NCBI GenBank assembly: GCA_046582655.1
Contig: JAYGDX010000181.1
Location: 1 to 45,862, forward strand
Reading direction: 5' to 3'
From: Candidatus Poribacteria bacterium
Lineage (GTDB): Bacteria > Poribacteria > WGA-4E > UBA9662
DNA length: 45,862 nt
The notes beneath the pieces were generated by a model. That model did not search any database. It was not told the origin of the DNA and saw only the letters and a program-made list of their open reading frames with translations. Of this stretch, positions 39,958 to 45,862 are shown piece by piece; the first letter of the stretch is position 1; each line of letters begins with the position of its first letter. The position numbers and the translations under genes were made by a program.

Positions 39958-41302
39958 CTATAGCTGCTGCAACGCAATCCCCACACCAGATATCAGTTTT
40001 TCGGTGTGAGAATCTTCCATCGGTAGTGACACGTTTCCGCCGTATCCCCAATGGATACCCTGATTGAGTAGCGAGAAAAAGAGCCAGCGTTGCATCAGCT
40101 CATCCTCCTGCGCCGCCTCACGGTAGTTGCGGGGAACCGTCGGCAGGAAATGGACCCGAAAAAGTGAACCAACTACAGTTACTTGCGCTTCCACCCCAGC
40201 CTGGGCCAAGGTAGCACTCAACTCCACCCCCTAACTTTTGTGTTAACGAGCCGATTTTTTTATAGGCCTGTGGGGTCATTGTTTGGAGAGTCGCTAGTCC
40301 AGCCACCATGGACAGTGGATTCGCATTGTAGGTTCCCGAATGTGGGATTTTGGGTGGCCCTGATGTAGGATCGTATAGAGCCATAATGTCGGCCTGTCCG
40401 CCAAAGGCCGCACCCGGCGTTCCTCCGGCGATGACTTTAGCCAAGCATGTCAGGTCCGGCTGGACACCGTAAAGTTCCTGTGCTCCGCCTAGGGCCACCC
40501 GGAAAGTAATGATTTCATCAAAAATCAGCAAGGCTTCAACGTCTGTCATTATTTCTCGCAACTGAGTGAGAAAGCCATCGGTCGGTGGGGTGGTCCCAGC
40601 ACCAGTTCCCAGCGGATCGACGATTACCGCCGCCAAATCTTCGGCATTCTCATTGATAATCGTGCGGCAGGCGTCGACATTGTTAAAAGGTAAAACTATC
40701 ACTTCCTCTACAATGGCTGGTGATAGCCCGGCGGCAGACGGCACTGATCGTGGGCGATCTGCTGGGCCTAATTCCGGCCCCAGAGGGGGCACGTAACTAA
40801 TCAATGCATACTCACCAACACCGTGATATGCACCTTCAAATCTGGCCACTTTACGTCGGCCGGTCCAAGCTTTGGCCGCTCTGATTGAGTTTAATACGGC
40901 CTCCGTGCCCGAACTGCAGAAACGAATCCGCTCCAGTAAAGGCACACGCTCCCGGAGCAACTCTACCATCTCCACTTCCAGTGCTGTCGGTCGGGAGAAG
41001 CCAGTTCCTTGAGCCACACGAGCCTGAAGCGCATCCACTATGGCTGGATGGGCGTGTCCCAAAATCAACGCGGTGTTATTATTGATGAAATCTAATAAAT
41101 GATGACCGTCCAGGTCAACTAAGTAGGCCCCTTCACCCCGATCTATGTATACCGGGAAGGGGTGCATGTAGGCACCGGTACGTGTATTGCCACCTGGCAG
41201 CGACTCCTTGGCTTGCTCTGACATATCCTGGGAGCGCGAGTTATTAGCTACGTATTTGGCCACTGCACTATCCAGCAAGGTTTGCATCTTTGATTTAATC
41301 AT
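39958..41302 (-). pseudogene. Class III aminotransferase (glutamate-1-semialdehyde aminomutase-like) with a +1 frameshift in a G5 run
   Basis: 'LPGGNTR', 'RFCSSGTEA', 'FEGAYHG', 'LIFDEIITFR', PLP-lysine 'DLTCLAKVIAGG'. Removing one G at 40227-40231 joins QKLG to VELSATL. Confidence 0.85.
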
Positions 41303-42027
41303 TTTCACACCTCAAGTTTCCATATTACCAGACTAATCGTTGGCAGGATTTGACAACACCAGAAATGCTTGCGCATAGTCCCACCAATATGTCCACAGCC
41401 GATGATCTAACATGATACTTCTTCTTCTACATAATCTCTTGATTCTTTGTTTCAGAACTTATGCAAACTAAATAGTTATATCTCCGGGAAAACGAAATGA
41501 TAACCGAGACGGAAACGATCACTAAGTAAATGCTCACGTATTTCTCGGCTGCTTGGAAGAGGCGCTGCAGGGGGACGAGCAAATACAAAAGACCGCCTTA
41601 AGTTCATTGATTCATCGAATCGGTTAAATCAAGACGGCCAAGTCAGAGTCGAGTTTTATATAAACACCTGCGCTCTCGGTAATACCCTGTACGGGATTAA
41701 TGCCTGTAAACATATCCCATTCAAGCAAAGAATACGCACACTCTAGCAGTTGTTCTTTTGTTCATTCAGCATTTAGTTGAAGATCTGATATAAACTCAAA
41801 AGATCACGTCTATAGTCCTTCTCCTTCCTAATTTAACCCAAGATAAAAGATAAATTGCCTTTATAGATCTACTCGTTTACCTATCAGGATAGATTAAGGT
41901 ACTAGAGAGATTAGCAGAGTTAGATTGGAAGGATTTAACGTTTTCACGATTAACTAATAATATATTATTATAAGGCGTTCATGAAAACGATGAACAAGAT
42001 TGGGTCTTTAAAATCCTGCAAGCCTGA

Positions 42028-42120
42028 TTATTTCAGAATCATCATCTTCCGTGTGTCTGTATAATCTCCTGCTTCTATTTGATAGAAGTAAGTTCCACTA
42101 GCTACTTTTTCTCCATTCTC
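42028..42120 (-). pseudogene. Orphan FlgD-Ig / T9SS-type-A-like C-terminal tail
   Basis: ENGEKVASGTYFYQIEAGDYTDTRKMMILK*, with an in-frame stop just upstream. Confidence 0.75.
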
Positions 42121-42587
42121 ACATCATCCATAGTGTAAATTGGCATCTCATTACCTGTTCATTATCATATTTCTGGTGCAGAAACATGGAAAGATAAAAC
42201 CTAAAACGTGGTAATACTCCCTTTAACCAGATAAAAGTATCATACTGCAGCTGTATGACGGTGATTTTTCGTGGAAATTCTGAGGAAATGTTGAGGGTGA
42301 TTCTGAGGGAAAACGACAACAGATGGGGGGGAGAATCGTGGTAATCAGCATACTGACACGACTCTAAACTGACAGAAACAACGACAGAATAGCGCGAAAG
42401 AAACAGGAAAGAAATACGAGAGAAGCAGCGAAAGAAAACTCACCTCAATTTTTCCGACTTTAGAAACTACGGTTTTTTCACGGTTTAACCTAATTGGGTT
42501 TTATAGAAAGATGGTAATCGTAAACATACTACCAAGACTCCAAATCCACAGAACATAAGACAGAAATAGTGACAGAATACTTCAAGA

Positions 42588-42615
42588 TTGTATTTAAGTT
42601 TTTAATTAAGAGTAC
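42588..42615. promoter_or_regulatory. Palindromic motif, degenerate copy 5
   Basis: TTGTATTTAAG-TTTTTA-ATTAAG(AG)TAC. Confidence 0.45.
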
Positions 42616-42628
42616 TGGCGCATCATAC

Positions 42629-42859
42629 TTATCGCCCATAATGGTACCTGTATTTTTTAGTTTCTCTAGTAAAATGACCATACTGTGGGTGTTTCCCGAG
42701 ATGATTGAGACTCCGAACTTGACTATGGCCTTCCATGTTGGATTGTCCTGCTAAAATAAACACTTTCACCTTTTTTCCTGTTGTTGGTTCGTTGGAGCCA
42801 ATATCAGAAACTGCCGACGTCAGTTCTATAAACAGATTAGTAAAAATTAGTGTTATCAT
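42629..42859 (-). pseudogene. Sialate O-acetylesterase (SASA)-like N-terminal fragment
   Basis: 'VKVFILAGQSNMEG' SGNH block I; truncated. Confidence 0.75.
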
Positions 42860-42920
42860 CTAGTGCCTCATTGATAGCTTGTGTTAAATCTAAAAGTTAC
42901 TGTTTCCAGATTGCGTCAGT

Positions 42921-44489
42921 CTACCAGATCGACCGAAGTTCGTTAGCCTCTAGGCTGATCAATCTCGCTTGACCTCCCTCCGCGAAAGCAGAGATAATCG
43001 AAACTTTATCCCGTTGCCTCCGCGAGATGGTGAGGAACACCCTTCCGTTGTTACCGATGATTTCCATCATCGGGCGGTCAACTAAAATCTGTACTGAGAT
43101 CTCTCCATTTACTGGTTTCATTTCAGCACCGTTCAGCTGGTTTTCCTGGACATTATATATGATTTGCTCGCCACCAATGTTAATACCAATAGTGGTAGCG
43201 TTGTTGATTTCGAATCTAGCTCGGATATCGAAGAGTTCGCCCGAGACATCCAGGTTAGCAAGCTGACCTTCGGTGAGGTTTATATTCTCGGTGAAGTGTC
43301 GTTTCTGATGAAGTTTCTGGATCTCTTTCACTGGTTCTGCGAACATACGAATGCCTTCGCCAGTCGTACGCAGCGTCAACGAGTGAGGAAAGCTGAACGT
43401 CTGGTTGAATGGCATGTTTGGCATCTCGATTTGAGCCCACCCGATTTGGATCTTTCGGCCATCTGGGCTGTTGTTGAAAAGTTGGGAAGCGTAGTATCCA
43501 CCATGGTGTACTTGATGCTTTCCATCGTGCTCAGGTAGGAAGACCTTACCGTCGAACTGACCGATAGCATAACGGGCATCGGCGGCAAAAGCGACCCAGC
43601 GGGTGTTGCTGGTATCGCCGTCAACTGGCAGTTCAAAAATCTCAGCACACTCACAGTAGTCTTTCAGTTTGCTCTGAAACTCCCAATTCTTCATATCTTC
43701 AGAGGTATAGAAAGCAATGGATCGCCCTGTTTCTTCCGACTCGTCGTAAACTGCCATCACCCAATGTTCACCAGGTTGATACCAGATAATCTTTGGATCG
43801 CGGCCGGTGTGCTGTACCACCGGGTTACCTTCGTATTCGGTAAAGGTTCGACCACGATCGTTACTGTAGGCGATGCATTCCCCTCGTCCGGTACTGGTCC
43901 ATGAAGCGACGATAACCTTCTCATCGCCGATTTGCCAGCCGGCCGTGTTGTTTTCGTCTACCACTGCGCTGCCAGAAAAGGCCCAGTCGCCATATTGTTT
44001 GTTGTAGATGGCAATAGGCAACTGTTTCCAGTGAACAAGGTCGGTACTAGTCGCGTGCCCCCAGTGCATGTTTCCCCATTTCCAGCCATAAGGATTGTGC
44101 TGGAAGTAGAGGTGCCATTCCCCGTCATAGTAGACCATGCCGTTCGGGTCGTTGTTCCAACCAAGCATTTGAGAAAAGTGGAACTGTGGACGTAGCGGCT
44201 CGCTGTAAAATGCGTCGGCACCGGGGATTTCGTTAGCCTGAACGATCATTGAAATTCCTTCCTCAGTTGCGCCATCTAGTTTAAGTATGGCTTCCATTCC
44301 TTGGAAGGCGGTAATGTCGAGGAACGACCAAAAACTAATCTGTTCCTTTGTTGTTGCCAATTCAGCCTCGAACTCGCGTACGTTTTGGCCATCGATACTC
44401 AAGTCAATACGCGTCATCCTTGCTCCATTCCAGATGGGAATGAGGAGGAATTTCTTCTCCAGCGTTATTGATACGATGTTTTTGTTCAA
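42921..44489 (-). CDS. Glycoside hydrolase family 32 (levanase/fructanase-like)
   Basis: WNNDPNG nucleophile motif, 'HWGHATS.DL', 'FSGS', RDP, ECA; RBS AGGAGAG. Confidence 0.93.
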   Translation of the reverse strand: MNKNIVSITLEKKFLLIPIWNGARMTRIDLSIDGQNVREFEAELATTKEQISFWSFLDITAFQGMEAILKLDGATEEGISMIVQANEIPGADAFYSEPLRPQFHFSQMLGWNNDPNGMVYYDGEWHLYFQHNPYGWKWGNMHWGHATSTDLVHWKQLPIAIYNKQYGDWAFSGSAVVDENNTAGWQIGDEKVIVASWTSTGRGECIAYSNDRGRTFTEYEGNPVVQHTGRDPKIIWYQPGEHWVMAVYDESEETGRSIAFYTSEDMKNWEFQSKLKDYCECAEIFELPVDGDTSNTRWVAFAADARYAIGQFDGKVFLPEHDGKHQVHHGGYYASQLFNNSPDGRKIQIGWAQIEMPNMPFNQTFSFPHSLTLRTTGEGIRMFAEPVKEIQKLHQKRHFTENINLTEGQLANLDVSGELFDIRARFEINNATTIGINIGGEQIIYNVQENQLNGAEMKPVNGEISVQILVDRPMMEIIGNNGRVFLTISRRQRDKVSIISAFAEGGQARLISLEANELRSIW

Positions 44490-45047
44490 GTGTCTCTCCT
44501 TAATATATTGCGAGTATAAATTTGCACTTTCGTTGTAAAACTGCTGGTACTATCCACAGGCAATTCCGATATCAATAATACCAACTGTTTGTCTAGAGTA
44601 GTTAGGTATGGTATCAGATGAAACTAGAAAAATATTCTAGGCTTACCTTCGCCGGTTAATAAAATGGAATTGTGCTGGCTGCTATGAGCAAAAAGTACGT
44701 AGATCCTACTACCCTCCTTCTCTGCTGACATGGGTTTTTCTTGTATCGGTCGCTTTGGTAGGGAGATTAAAACACCCAATCTGGGCGAACCGGTCACCAA
44801 TGCGGTTTGGTTCAATCAGTTTTAGGCCGTAGCTCTCTGCTGTTCAGCTAAATTAAGCTGTTGCCTAGGCTCTAGCCTCACCAATAACATGTGGAGGTTG
44901 CTGGGCTGGGTACGGCAGAGTTTGTGTCGTGTATCGTAGCCACTATGCATTTTTGTTATGAAATAATAGTAGATTATAGTTTTACTGCATGATACCATAC
45001 CTTAAATTAATCTCGAATTGTAGGACATGGTTAGGAGAAAATTCAAT

Positions 45048-45839
45048 ATGCGATTATCTGTGGTTTTTATTGTTTCGAGTCTGTTCTTGCTAATTTTTAT
45101 TTTGCCGAACCAAGCACAGACTGTGAAAGACAAAGGTTTGATTCTATACTTCAGCTTTGACAAAGAAAACGGAGGTACGATTAAAGATCAAACTGGTGGT
45201 GGTCACGATGGCGATTTAGGTAAAGGGGAGATCAATAAAAAGGAGAAAGTGTATGGTAGCGGTGCTCTGGAAATGAAGGACCCGCAATCAAGTTTAGAAG
45301 TTGAATCATTTGATGAGTTAGAAGAGTATCAAGACAATTCCTATCTGTTCTGGCTCTACTTCATTGAAGGTACCAACGGAAGCTGGAGTCAGATTATTGC
45401 CAAAAAGGCTCCTGGTTCCGATAGGTCACCGGGAATTTGGATTTGCCCTGATACGTTGAATATCCACTGGCGATTTAATCCTGGTAATAAGGGATGCGAC
45501 CGATGTGGCCCCGATGGTGAAGGAAGCTTATTTAAACTGAAGAAATGGTATCATGTTGCCGGCGTCAAACAAGGGACAGATCTCTTCTACTACGTTGATG
45601 GTAAAGAGGTTGCCAAGAAAACTGGTATGCCGAAAGATCATGCACAAGGAGGAGAGAAGTTATATATCGGTCGAACTGGCTACAGGTCTGCTACCTTCAT
45701 TATAGATGACCTGTATGTTTATAATCGCGCTTTAGAAGAAAAAGAAGTCAATGGGGTTAAGGAGGGTAAATTACTGGCCGTCGAACCACAGGATAAACTT
45801 ACTTCCCTGTGGGCACATATAAAACGGGAAGCTCGTTGA
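45048..45839 (+). CDS. Secreted LamG-like jellyroll domain protein
   Basis: RBS AGGAG, signal peptide, 'GLILYFSFD', 'KWYHVAGV', 'YVDG', 'IIDDLYVYNRAL'; tail AVEPQDKLTSLWAHIK. Confidence 0.9.
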   Translation: MRLSVVFIVSSLFLLIFILPNQAQTVKDKGLILYFSFDKENGGTIKDQTGGGHDGDLGKGEINKKEKVYGSGALEMKDPQSSLEVESFDELEEYQDNSYLFWLYFIEGTNGSWSQIIAKKAPGSDRSPGIWICPDTLNIHWRFNPGNKGCDRCGPDGEGSLFKLKKWYHVAGVKQGTDLFYYVDGKEVAKKTGMPKDHAQGGEKLYIGRTGYRSATFIIDDLYVYNRALEEKEVNGVKEGKLLAVEPQDKLTSLWAHIKREAR

Positions 45840-45862
45840 TAGCGATGTTATCTTGTGTTTTT

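Noticed and set aside
44624..44815. SDR-like start 'NQTALVTGS'
   Set aside because: No GxxxGIG continuation or other SDR motifs; treated as chance.
1..45862. Local DGR core (reverse transcriptase, template repeat, avd)
   Set aside because: No ORF has RT motifs and I found no AAC-rich non-coding copy of the FGE 3' end; the AAC run near 10935 is inside the GNAT gene.

Overview
A bacterial accessory region, roughly 40% GC by eye with several GC-richer single genes. The gene content suggests a Candidatus Poribacteria-like organism (inference): secreted LamG proteins with a shared 'AV.P..KL.T.W..IK' tail, PhyH dioxygenases, sulfatases, and TPR/HEAT/LRR proteins. The left part (1-18.6 kb) holds mostly intact catabolic genes: PhyH, DUF1080, sulfatase, SDR, GNAT, hydrolase, HAD, Gfo/Idh/MocA, an enolase-superfamily dehydratase, two lipoproteins and an MFS transporter. 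The right part (18.6-43 kb) mixes intact genes with many pseudogenes and short remnants whose point lesions look like GC->AT transitions. Four signals stand out. (1) Two non-catalytic FGE/C-type-lectin-fold genes have 3' ends with the codon pattern of diversity-generating-retroelement (DGR) variable regions, each followed by a related hairpin. I found no RT or template repeat in the window, so these are candidate remote DGR targets. (2) A 28-29 bp palindrome, TTGTACTTAAG-TTTTAA-CTTAAATACAA, occurs four times co-oriented plus one degenerate copy within 8 kb. (3) A three-copy 150-250 bp repeat linked to HEAT-gene tails separates unrelated genes at 20-24 kb. (4) A candidate C-terminal sorting tail is shared by four secreted proteins. 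I recognised no rRNA, tRNA, CRISPR array, integrase or reverse transcriptase.
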